Assembly: GCA_964609355.1 (NCBI GenBank)
Contig: CAZSUK010000497.1
Span: 1-52,551, forward strand
DNA length: 52,551 nucleotides
Direction: 5' to 3'
Origin: an uncultured Acidobacteriaceae bacterium
GTDB taxonomy: Bacteria > Acidobacteriota > Terriglobia > Terriglobales > Acidobacteriaceae
Below the pieces are notes generated by a model. It did no database searches and was not told the DNA's origin. It saw nothing but the letters and a program-made list of their open reading frames with translations. This document shows, piece after piece, positions 9,765-17,680 of this stretch (position 1 is its first letter; each line of letters opens with the position of its first letter). The position numbers were made by a program, and so were the translations under genes.

Positions 9765-10730
9765 TCAGACTGCCTGTTCTTTCTGATACTGGCGAATGAT
9801 GGAGAGGAAGTCGGGATCGGCCGAAAGGCCCAGCCTCCGTGCCCGGGCGCTTCCAAAAGCAGTAGGCCAACCGAAGATCATCCTGGAGACCGCCGGGTCT
9901 TGTTGAAATTTGACTCGTTCCCGCGCAGTGCGGCCGCCTGCGGCTTCCAGAGCATCCAGCATCTCGCGCACGCTCACCGTCAGCCCAGGCAGGTTCATGG
10001 CAGTGCGGCTACCCCACACGTCCGGCGCGGCTTCGGCAGCCGCAACCAGGCCTTCGATTGTGCGTTGCGGCGAGGCGACGGCGGCGAGTGCCTCGGGCGG
10101 TACCGGGCAGATTGCCTGCTGCCCATTTAACGGCTCGCGGATGATGGAAGAGAGAAATCCAGACGCGGCGGCGTTGGGGCGGCCTGGACGCACCGTTACC
10201 GTCATCAGGCGCACGCTGCGTCCGTCGATCAAGCCCCGCCGGCTATAGTCCGCAACCAGCTGTTCGCACATGAACTTCTGAATGCCGTAGGAAGTTTGTG
10301 GAACCGGCAAGGTCTCATCGTGGATCACCCTGGGCAAGGGGAGGTCGACATCGCCGCCGAAGACGGCCACGGAACTGGAGAAGACGAGCCGCGGTCTTCC
10401 GCATTCGCGTAATCCGTCCAGCAGAGCGCGCGTGGTATCCAGGTTGGAACGCAGGCCCAGATCGAGATCCGCTTCGCACTCGGCTGAAACTGCCGAGGCG
10501 AGGTGAAACACCAGGTCGGGACTTTCACGCGGAATCTCGTTGCACTGGTCCAGCAAGGCGCCGGTCCAGACACGCACCCGCGGATCGGCGGCCACGTCGG
10601 CTGGGGGCGGGACCAGGTCGGCGAGCACAAGGTTGACAAACCGGTCGCCTGAGACATGGCCACGCCCAAGCAGATTACGCGCCAGCCTGCTCCCGAGAAA
10701 TCCCGCTCCACCCGTGATAAGCACCTTCAT
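9765..10730 (-). CDS. denD: NAD-dependent epimerase/dehydratase-fold dehydrogenase, likely D-erythronate dehydrogenase
   Basis: MKVLITGGAGFLGSRL Rossmann start at the ATG at 10730. The 27-aa upstream extension of the ORF would overlap the divergent gene start. First gene of the otn string. Confidence 0.7.
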   Translation of the reverse strand: MKVLITGGAGFLGSRLARNLLGRGHVSGDRFVNLVLADLVPPPADVAADPRVRVWTGALLDQCNEIPRESPDLVFHLASAVSAECEADLDLGLRSNLDTTRALLDGLRECGRPRLVFSSSVAVFGGDVDLPLPRVIHDETLPVPQTSYGIQKFMCEQLVADYSRRGLIDGRSVRLMTVTVRPGRPNAAASGFLSSIIREPLNGQQAICPVPPEALAAVASPQRTIEGLVAAAEAAPDVWGSRTAMNLPGLTVSVREMLDALEAAGGRTARERVKFQQDPAVSRMIFGWPTAFGSARARRLGLSADPDFLSIIRQYQKEQAV

Positions 10731-10797
10731 GGTGAACAGGTTACCATCGTTGTCGGGCCCAGCTTCCTGTGCATCACAGCTAGGAGAGGTGTTGTCT

Positions 10798-11271
10798 ATG
10801 CGTAAGTCCATTTTGTCTCAACCAGCAGCGGATGCCTCTTTGCCCTCCGCTCGTGAGTGGCTTGATCTGCAGGAACTCGCCAGTGTCGAGATCTCGTCAG
10901 AAGACGCGCAGCATCCATTCGAGAACGCACTGCCGGGAGGGAAGGGTGGAGGCTGGAGGGCGGCTGTTCCAGGCCCGCAAATGATCCGCTTGAACTTCGA
11001 CCATCCGCAGGCGATCCGGCGGATTCGTCTCGAATTTCGCGAAGCGAATCGAGAGCGGTCGCAGGAGTTTGCCATGTTCGCGACTTCAGGGACGGATCAA
11101 AAAAAAGAAGTCGTTCGCCAGCAATGGACATTCAGCCCGGGCGGTTCGGCTGTCGAGGTTGAAGACTATTCGGTGGATCTGCCCGCGGTTGTGTCCCTGG
11201 AGTTGAAGATTGATCCCGGTCGCCATGACCATCAGGCCATCGCTACGCTCGAGTCCATTTCGATCGCATAG
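10798..11271 (+). CDS. Conserved hypothetical protein (possibly galactose-binding/discoidin-like fold)
   Basis: ATG at 10798 preceded by AGGAGAGG, 157 aa. The longer ORF from 10540 is antisense to denD and Arg/Ser/Pro-rich. A strong hairpin follows the stop. Confidence 0.6.
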   Translation: MRKSILSQPAADASLPSAREWLDLQELASVEISSEDAQHPFENALPGGKGGGWRAAVPGPQMIRLNFDHPQAIRRIRLEFREANRERSQEFAMFATSGTDQKKEVVRQQWTFSPGGSAVEVEDYSVDLPAVVSLELKIDPGRHDHQAIATLESISIA

Positions 11272-11275
11272 AAAT

Positions 11276-11302
11276 GCCGGCTGACACTGGATGTCAGCCG
11301 GC
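11276..11302. terminator. Bidirectional stem-loop terminator between convergent genes
   Basis: Perfect 11-bp stem GCCGGCTGACA / TGTCAGCCGGC with a 5-nt loop. It lies 4 nt after the stop at 11271 and 12 nt before the catalase stop at 11315. Confidence 0.6.
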
Positions 11303-11314
11303 CCCGACGCTTAT

Positions 11315-12187
11315 TTATACTTCGACGGTTGCGTTTTTGGCTGCCTTGGCATTCACTTTGTCGTGCAATGCCGCTTGCTTCGCGCCCACACCATTGGTGT
11401 ACTCTCCGACCGGTGTGGAATCAATAGGAGAGGTTTTCTCTGTGCCTGGTTGCGGATCGTAAGGCTCTACATCGAGACCGGAGCCGCCCTTAATCTCCGA
11501 CTCAACAGTGACCAGGCCGTTCCCATGATTCCAGGGGCCGACGAAATCACTCTCGCCGTATTGGCTCTCACCCGTGGATGCGTTAAAGAACTGATCAACC
11601 AGGTTTGGTGTGGGTTCGATGATACCAACTGCAAACTGAGGCTTCTCCATGCTTTCGAGGGCCGCAGTGAATGCGCGCATGTGGGTGATTTCTCTGGTCA
11701 TCAGAAATTGCAGAGCCTGTTTGGACCCTTGATCCTGGGTAAAGCTGATGAGACGTTCGTAAACGATTTTTGCTCGTGCCTCGGCGGCAATGTTGCTCCG
11801 CAGATCCACAGCTACATCGCCGGTGATTTTTAGGTAGTTCGCCGTCCAGGCATTGCCCATAGAGTCGAACAGCGAAACGCCGCCGCCGCCGGCGATCGCT
11901 ACCAGCGGATCGGCTTCTGCGGCTTCGCGGCTGCTCTTCATCGGCTTCAAGTGCATTCTGATAAGGGCGCCGACTACTTCCAAATGGCTCAGCTCTTCTG
12001 TGCCGATGTCCATCAAAAGATCTTTGCGCGCGGCATCTTCACAATTGAGGCCCTGAATGGAATACTGCATGGCTGCTGCCAGTTCTCCATTAGCGCCGCC
12101 AAACTGCTCCAACAACATTTTCCCGAACTTCGGATCAGGTTCACCGACGTCGACTGTATACATAAGCTTTTTTACATGGTGGTACAT
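11315..12187 (-). CDS. Manganese (non-haem) catalase
   Basis: 290 aa. N-terminus MYHHVKKLMYTV...DPKFGKMLLEQFGGANGELAAAMQYSIQG and EELSHLE/ITHMRAF motifs are characteristic of dimanganese catalases. Confidence 0.9.
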   Translation of the reverse strand: MYHHVKKLMYTVDVGEPDPKFGKMLLEQFGGANGELAAAMQYSIQGLNCEDAARKDLLMDIGTEELSHLEVVGALIRMHLKPMKSSREAAEADPLVAIAGGGGVSLFDSMGNAWTANYLKITGDVAVDLRSNIAAEARAKIVYERLISFTQDQGSKQALQFLMTREITHMRAFTAALESMEKPQFAVGIIEPTPNLVDQFFNASTGESQYGESDFVGPWNHGNGLVTVESEIKGGSGLDVEPYDPQPGTEKTSPIDSTPVGEYTNGVGAKQAALHDKVNAKAAKNATVEV

Positions 12188-12333
12188 GAGTTCTCCTTAG
12201 GATGACGCAGGTTTTCTGCAGGTGTTTCGTTCGACAGTTCGGCGTGCCACCATCTACAGACTTACCTGTGTGAGTCCCAAACGGTACGTGGAGTTGTATG
12301 CTTCGTGCTCGACGTTGCTGGCGGACGAACAAT

Positions 12334-12380
12334 GAGTGGGTGGCCCAGGTCTCGCGTTTGCGACCCCGGCCACCCCACTC
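12334..12380. repeat. REP-like imperfect palindrome (GAGTGGGTGGCCCAGGTCTC ... GGCCACCCCACTC)
   Basis: Outer arms at 12334-12345 and 12368-12380 are complementary except for one extra C. The core CCCAGGTCTC is shared with elements at 16323, 21828 and 46544. Confidence 0.4.
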
Positions 12381-12510
12381 AAAAGCCGGGCTGGGGGGCA
12401 GTGGCGCTATCGCTGGAGCGGAGCCGAGGTGCTTCGGCATTCTTGAGCCCTTAAAGTAAAGCCTCCTTGGGATTGATAAAGAGGCCGGGCATAGATATAA
12501 CCAATTCTGG

Positions 12511-14067
12511 ATGCAATACACACGGCGTGAAACGCTTAAATTGCTGGGCTATTCGGCAGCCTGGGCACGAACCAGAGGTGTGTTTGCCGATACAGCCAAC
12601 CTACCCATCACACCAGGGCCCTTCAAAGCGACGCGAGCATCGCTCGATACGTACCGTGTCCCGGACTGGTTCCGCGATGCTAAGTTCGGGATCTGGTCTC
12701 ACTGGGGACCGCAGTCCGGTGTCGAGGACGGGGATTGGTTCGCGCGCAACATGTATATCCAGGGAACTCCGCAATATGAGTACCACCTCAAGGCGTACGG
12801 ACATCCATCCAAAACGGGCTATAAAGATCTGATCCCGTTGTTTAAGGGAGACAAGTGGGATCCCGACCATCTGATGGACTTGTACGTGAAAGCAGGCGCG
12901 AAGTACTTCGTCAGCATGGGTGTCCACCACGACAACTACGATATGTGGAACTCGAAGTATCAGCCTCGTTGGAATGCGACCGCGGTTGGGCCCATGCGTG
13001 ACATCGTTGGTCTTTACAAGCAGGCCGCACGCAAGCGGGGACTTCGTTTTGGGGTTAGCGAGCATCTCTCCAATAGTTTTGACTGGCTCGCTCCCGCGCA
13101 CACCAGTGATACCAGCGGTCCCTTGGCGGGGGTGTCCTACGATGGCACCGATCCAATGTTTGCCGATCTCTATCACAATTACACTCAGATGCCTCACGAC
13201 TTCGCGCAAACAGCGAAGGCTATGGGGCGGGTCGCACCCGACGAGTGGAAGATGGAGTACTTTAACCGCATCAAGGATCTGATCGACCAGCACCAGCCCG
13301 ACCTGCTTTACACCGATGGCGGCATCCCGTTCGAAGAATATGGTCTGGCTACCGTAGCCGAGGTGTACAACGTGAGTGCGGAACTCCATCAAGGAAAGGT
13401 GGACGCCGTTTATTGCAGTAAAACCCCCGGTGATTGTGCGGTGGGTACCTGCATTGTTGACCATGAGCGAGGCGTTTCCGATGCCATTTCTACCCAGCCT
13501 TGGCAGACGGATACCTGCATCGGGGTCTGGCATTACAAACGCGGCCAGGTATACAAAACTCCCAAGAAAGTGATCGATCTGCTGGTCGACATCGTCAGCA
13601 AGAACGGTAATCTGCTACTCAACTTTCCTCTGCCCAACAGCGGGGAATTGGATGCCGAGGAGATGCATGTACTCGAAGGCATCACGGCGTGGATGAAGGT
13701 GAACAACGAAGGCATCTACAGCTCGCGTCCCTGGACCATCTATGGTGCCGGACCATCGACCGAAGTAACGGTTCCGCAGACCGGCTTCAACGAGGGCAAG
13801 CAGCCCCCATTGACAGCGGAGGACGTGCGCTTCACGACCAAGGGCAAAGTTCTCTACGCCTATGTCATGGGTACGCCGGCAAATGATGTGGTCATCAAGG
13901 CGCTGGGAACGAGCAGTCCGCAGGAGCCGGGAAAAATACTCAACGTAGAAATGCTGGGACACCAGGACAAGCTACATTGGAAGCAGGACAAGCAAGCTTT
14001 GCAGGTTCGCGTGCCGTCAGCCAATATGTCTGACATCGGCGTCACCTTCAAAGTCACGCTGGCCTGA
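12511..14067 (+). CDS. Alpha-L-fucosidase (GH29) with Tat signal
   Basis: Leader MQYTRRETLKLL. GH29 hallmarks (FGIWSHWGPQS, KAGAKYFVSMGVHHDNYDMWNS, LYTDGG), 518 aa. Confidence 0.9.
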   Translation: MQYTRRETLKLLGYSAAWARTRGVFADTANLPITPGPFKATRASLDTYRVPDWFRDAKFGIWSHWGPQSGVEDGDWFARNMYIQGTPQYEYHLKAYGHPSKTGYKDLIPLFKGDKWDPDHLMDLYVKAGAKYFVSMGVHHDNYDMWNSKYQPRWNATAVGPMRDIVGLYKQAARKRGLRFGVSEHLSNSFDWLAPAHTSDTSGPLAGVSYDGTDPMFADLYHNYTQMPHDFAQTAKAMGRVAPDEWKMEYFNRIKDLIDQHQPDLLYTDGGIPFEEYGLATVAEVYNVSAELHQGKVDAVYCSKTPGDCAVGTCIVDHERGVSDAISTQPWQTDTCIGVWHYKRGQVYKTPKKVIDLLVDIVSKNGNLLLNFPLPNSGELDAEEMHVLEGITAWMKVNNEGIYSSRPWTIYGAGPSTEVTVPQTGFNEGKQPPLTAEDVRFTTKGKVLYAYVMGTPANDVVIKALGTSSPQEPGKILNVEMLGHQDKLHWKQDKQALQVRVPSANMSDIGVTFKVTLA

Positions 14068-14076
14068 AAGGTTTCC

Positions 14077-15612
14077 ATGCGACTCAAGTTGTTGATCACT
14101 GCTTTCTTGCTCGCCGGGGGTGCAACAGCCTGGGCCCAGGGAGTGACTAACTCCATGCTCCTCCAACCGCCCGCGGACAGTTGGCCTCAGTACAACGGGA
14201 CGTATAACGCTCAGCGCCACGCGAAGCTGAAACAAATTACTCCCGAGAACGTGGGCACGCTCTCTCTTGCGTGGGCCTTTCAAACCAGGCTGCCGGGGGA
14301 AATCAAGTCCACTCCGCTGCTGGTCGATGGAGTGATTTATTTCACCACTGTAGACAATGTCTGGGCAGTGGATGCGCTTTCCGGCCACCAATTGTGGCAC
14401 TACAACTATCCGCCAGGTCCAGGTTTGCACATTGGCAGTCGCGGTGTGGCGATGTACAAGGACCAGCTCTATTTTTTGGTTCCTGACGGCCATCTGATTT
14501 CGCTGAATGCCAAAGATGGCACCGTGCGATGGAAGGTGACCATCGCAGACGTCACCAAGGGATATTGGACCAGCATGGCCCCGCTGGTGGTGGGGAATCA
14601 TGTGATGGTTGGTACCTCCGGTGATTTCGACAATCTGGTTGGGTATATCCGGTCGGTTGATCCTGAGACCGGGGAGACGCAGTGGCAGTGGAACGCTACG
14701 TCGCCCCTGGGAACTGCCGGGGCAGCCACCGGCGGCAACAGCTGGATGACTGGGACCTACGATCCCGATCTCAACCTGGTGTATTGGGGGACAGGAAATC
14801 CTACCCCTGTGCTTACCGGCTCAACTCGCCCCGGAGACAATCTGTATACCTGCAGTATCGTTGCTCTCAATCCGGAGACAGGAAAACTGGCCTGGGCTTT
14901 TCAACCCTCCCCGCATGATACCCACGATTGGGATGCCGCCGAGACGCCCGTGCTGGCGGATGGAATGTTTCAAGGCAAAGAGCGGAAGATGCTGTTGCAG
15001 AGTTCGCGCAATGGTTATTTTTTTGTGCTCGACAGAACCGATGGCAGCAGCCTGCTCACCGTGCCGTTTGGACCGGTTAACTGGGCACTTGGAGTGGACA
15101 AGCAGGGCCGTCCGATGCCCAATCCGGCCAAGGAGCCGGCGCCCGATGGACGCCTGATTGCGCCAGATGAGAGCGGGATGGCGAATTTTCGTTCTCCCAG
15201 CTTTGACGTAAAGAGCGGGCTATTCATCGTTTCCGCCCATCCCAGTTACAGCATTTACTTCGCCAAGCCGGCGGATGGCACCTACGGCTGGGCAGGTGCT
15301 GATTATGGCTTGTGGGGCAAGGGAGTTATCGAGGCAATCGACTATCAGACAGGAAAGATTCGCTGGACGCATGAACTGGGGCATGGGACGCCGAGCGCAG
15401 GGGTCTTGACGACTGCCTCGGGGCTCACCTTCACGGGAGACACAGAGAGCAACATGCTTGCTCTCGACACCGGTACGGGTAAGACGCTTTGGCATGCCGG
15501 CACCGGGGGAAGGGTGGAAACATCGCCCATCACTTATGAACTCGGCGGGCGGCAGTATCTATTAGCCGGCAGCGGCGGCGTCCTGTTTGCCTGGGCACTT
15601 CCTGAATCGTAA
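14077..15612 (+). CDS. PQQ-dehydrogenase-like eight-bladed beta-propeller protein, secreted
   Basis: Sec leader MRLKLLITAFLLAGGATAWAQG. Repeated W-motif blades (VWAVDALSGHQLW, LISLNAKDGTVRW, VALNPETGKLAW, AIDYQTGKIRW, LALDTGTGKTLW). Starts 9 nt after the fucosidase stop. Confidence 0.85.
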   Translation: MRLKLLITAFLLAGGATAWAQGVTNSMLLQPPADSWPQYNGTYNAQRHAKLKQITPENVGTLSLAWAFQTRLPGEIKSTPLLVDGVIYFTTVDNVWAVDALSGHQLWHYNYPPGPGLHIGSRGVAMYKDQLYFLVPDGHLISLNAKDGTVRWKVTIADVTKGYWTSMAPLVVGNHVMVGTSGDFDNLVGYIRSVDPETGETQWQWNATSPLGTAGAATGGNSWMTGTYDPDLNLVYWGTGNPTPVLTGSTRPGDNLYTCSIVALNPETGKLAWAFQPSPHDTHDWDAAETPVLADGMFQGKERKMLLQSSRNGYFFVLDRTDGSSLLTVPFGPVNWALGVDKQGRPMPNPAKEPAPDGRLIAPDESGMANFRSPSFDVKSGLFIVSAHPSYSIYFAKPADGTYGWAGADYGLWGKGVIEAIDYQTGKIRWTHELGHGTPSAGVLTTASGLTFTGDTESNMLALDTGTGKTLWHAGTGGRVETSPITYELGGRQYLLAGSGGVLFAWALPES

Positions 15613-15709
15613 CTATCTCTGTCCGTCAGTCTGCGACCTGGGGCCGAAAAAGTTCCCCCTTGTGTACTTACGCTGGCCTAGGTAGGCTGGTTGGCACCGG
15701 AGGAAGAGG

Positions 15710-16234
15710 ATGCAACGGACAATATTAGCGTGTGCGATGGCGGGGTTGATGGTTTCGGGTGCGGCCCTGGGGCAGGGAAGCTCGATTCCCAGTGAATTGC
15801 AAGGGAACTATGCTCGCCTCAAAGCGAACATCCTGAAAGCGGCAGATAAGATGCCGCCAGAAAACTACAGCTTTAAGCCCACGCCGGATATTCGGACCTT
15901 TGCGCGTGTCGTGAACCACGTGACGGAGGCGCAGTTGCACATTTGCGGTGCAGCTAATAACACCGATCCCAGCGCGCTGGCGAAGGTGCCGCCGGAAACG
16001 GCGGATAAGGCGGCAGTCGTCGAGGCTCTCAAGGCATCCTTTGCCGAATGTGACAAAGCGTATGCAGGCCTGACCGATGCCAACATGACAGATATGCTCC
16101 AGGCCGGGCCAATGGGGAAACGGTCACGATTGGGGCTGCTTTGGGGGAACGTCGCCCATGACAATGAGCAATACGCGACCCTGTCGCTGTATCTCCGTTT
16201 AAAGGGTCTGGTTCCGCCGAGTAGTGAAAAGTAG
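15710..16234 (+). CDS. DinB family protein with signal peptide
   Basis: 174 aa, N-terminal hydrophobic leader. DinB-like four-helix pattern with conserved His residues (VNHVTEAQLH ... VAHDNEQY). Confidence 0.75.
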   Translation: MQRTILACAMAGLMVSGAALGQGSSIPSELQGNYARLKANILKAADKMPPENYSFKPTPDIRTFARVVNHVTEAQLHICGAANNTDPSALAKVPPETADKAAVVEALKASFAECDKAYAGLTDANMTDMLQAGPMGKRSRLGLLWGNVAHDNEQYATLSLYLRLKGLVPPSSEK

Positions 16235-16322
16235 CTCCCTCGTCCCCCGTCAGTGAGTCCCGCGAACTCAAGACTGAGTGGGTAAACCTGGGTTTTCCTG
16301 GCAAATGGATCCTGGCCGGAAC

Positions 16323-16350
16323 ACCCAGGTCTCAAAAGCGAGACCTGGGT
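16323..16350. repeat. REP-like perfect hairpin (ACCCAGGTCTC-AAAAGC-GAGACCTGGGT)
   Basis: 11-bp perfect stem with a 6-nt loop, between convergent genes. A degenerate partial copy lies just upstream (16276-16309, ACCTGGGTTTTCCTGGCAAATGG versus ACCTGGGTTTCTCCTCGCAAATGA). Confidence 0.55.
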
Positions 16351-16423
16351 TTCTCCTCGCAAATGAGTTATTCGTGCCCGCTCCCGGAAAAGAAACTGCA
16401 CACTCTAAACCCCTGGTGGAACC

Positions 16424-17545
16424 TTAAGGTTTCTTCTTCTTCTCAGGCTTGCTCTCAGGCTTGGAATCATCGCCAGCTTCCGTCTTCGCGGCCACATTGT
16501 TACAAGACTGATTGATCGGCTTAACAGCAAGTTTCAGGGTGGTATACGCCACCCCCGGCAAGACATCTTGTGCTCGAGACGCCACCGGAAGATTGTCCTT
16601 TGCGGTGCCCTTACGGATAAGATAGCCCCCCTTCACCATGAGATTGGGCATCTCGTGGCTAAGCTGGACCGTATCCCTCTTTGCAACCATGACGTAGTCG
16701 CCGCTGAGCAAGCCGATGTAAGTGTCTTCGCGCATGGGATCAGCAAGTGCCTGTTGCGTCGCCACGGCGGTGGTCAGATTTCCGTTCATCACAAAGCGGG
16801 TGCGATCTTCCCAGTAGCCGAAGGCGGCACTAAAGGCGCTTAGGGCAGGCACGCTGACTGCCGGCAACACAACCATCGGCGCCACCAGCTTGGCTCCAGT
16901 GATCATGACCTTCAATATCCTGACGAATTGTGCGTCGTTAGGGGGCTGACTTACGTTCACGGCAAGCTTGCCTGTACCCTTGGTGAGCAGAATATTGCTG
17001 GTCGCGCTAAGTGCCTGGTCGGATTTGAATCCAAGGTCTTCGAGCGATATCTTACCGGCGACCCCGGGCTTGATAGACGCGATCGCCGTCCAGGCGAGGG
17101 GCGCAAGCAAATTCATAAAAGGGTGGACCTGGGTAGCGTCGATGCGCATTTGTTGATCCTTTTGCTTGTCACTGGCCGACGGGGGCTGGTAATGGGAAAG
17201 CTCAATATTCAAGTTCACATCGCCGTCATGATCGAGCAGTTCCGTCTTCTCAATCTCGGTGGCATAGCGAAGTTTTTCCTCGTCGGCCTTATAGTGCAAA
17301 TACTGTGTTTCCGCATCTGGATCCTGCAAACCGGCAGACCCTGCGCGTGCTCCTTGCTTGTAGCCTGGGCTGCTGGTATTTACGCTATCGAAGAAGCCAT
17401 TCCAGAATTCGTAGGCATCGTGCGGCGCCTCGGCACTGGAGACGTCGTACCGTTCCAACGCAGAAGCGGAATCTGCATCAAACATTGCAGAGGCAAAGGC
17501 CAAGGCGAGCGCGTTGCCCGAGAAAGTCCGGCGGGAGATCGACAT
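16424..17545 (-). CDS. Orphan exported protein (Tat-type leader), function unknown
   Basis: 373 aa. Leader MSISRRTFSGNALALAFASAMF. Long internal hydrophobic stretch (GAKLVAPMVVLPAVSVPALSAFSAAFGYW). Lys/Pro/Glu-rich tail ending KPESKPEKKKKP. I recognise no family motif. Confidence 0.7.
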   Translation of the reverse strand: MSISRRTFSGNALALAFASAMFDADSASALERYDVSSAEAPHDAYEFWNGFFDSVNTSSPGYKQGARAGSAGLQDPDAETQYLHYKADEEKLRYATEIEKTELLDHDGDVNLNIELSHYQPPSASDKQKDQQMRIDATQVHPFMNLLAPLAWTAIASIKPGVAGKISLEDLGFKSDQALSATSNILLTKGTGKLAVNVSQPPNDAQFVRILKVMITGAKLVAPMVVLPAVSVPALSAFSAAFGYWEDRTRFVMNGNLTTAVATQQALADPMREDTYIGLLSGDYVMVAKRDTVQLSHEMPNLMVKGGYLIRKGTAKDNLPVASRAQDVLPGVAYTTLKLAVKPINQSCNNVAAKTEAGDDSKPESKPEKKKKP

Positions 17546-17622
17546 AGAGAACTCCTAAGTTTCGCTGAATGGGGCCGATGCAGAGGGGAAGAAAACTCAT
17601 AGCAGCATACTCCAAAGCAGAC

Positions 17623-17650
17623 TGAGCGCGCTCACATTCCGTGCTACAAT
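17623..17650 (+). promoter_or_regulatory. Candidate promoter/operator of the caspase gene
   Basis: Perfect 12-bp palindrome TGAGCGCGCTCA at 17623-17634, followed by TACAAT at 17645-17650, about 30 nt upstream of the ATG at 17681. I found no good -35 element. Confidence 0.3.
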
Positions 17651-17680
17651 TCGGCGATTTTCTCTGCGGAGCTCATATCT

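Noticed and set aside
9764-9856. N-terminal 31-aa extension of the otnK ORF (MEAPGHGG...), the 27-aa extension of denD (10731-10811) and the 10540 start of the 10798 gene.
   Set aside because: The extensions overlap neighbouring genes and are not part of the conserved family N-termini (LGCIADDFTGATD, MKVLITGGAGF). Internal starts with sensible spacing exist.
16424-17545. Idea that the orphan protein next to the caspase/CHAT genes is a bacterial gasdermin.
   Set aside because: It has a twin-arginine export leader, is larger than known bacterial gasdermins and lacks the N-terminal Cys. I see no gasdermin-like sequence features. Only the loose 'protease-adjacent' analogy remains, and that is recorded as a hypothesis, not a call.
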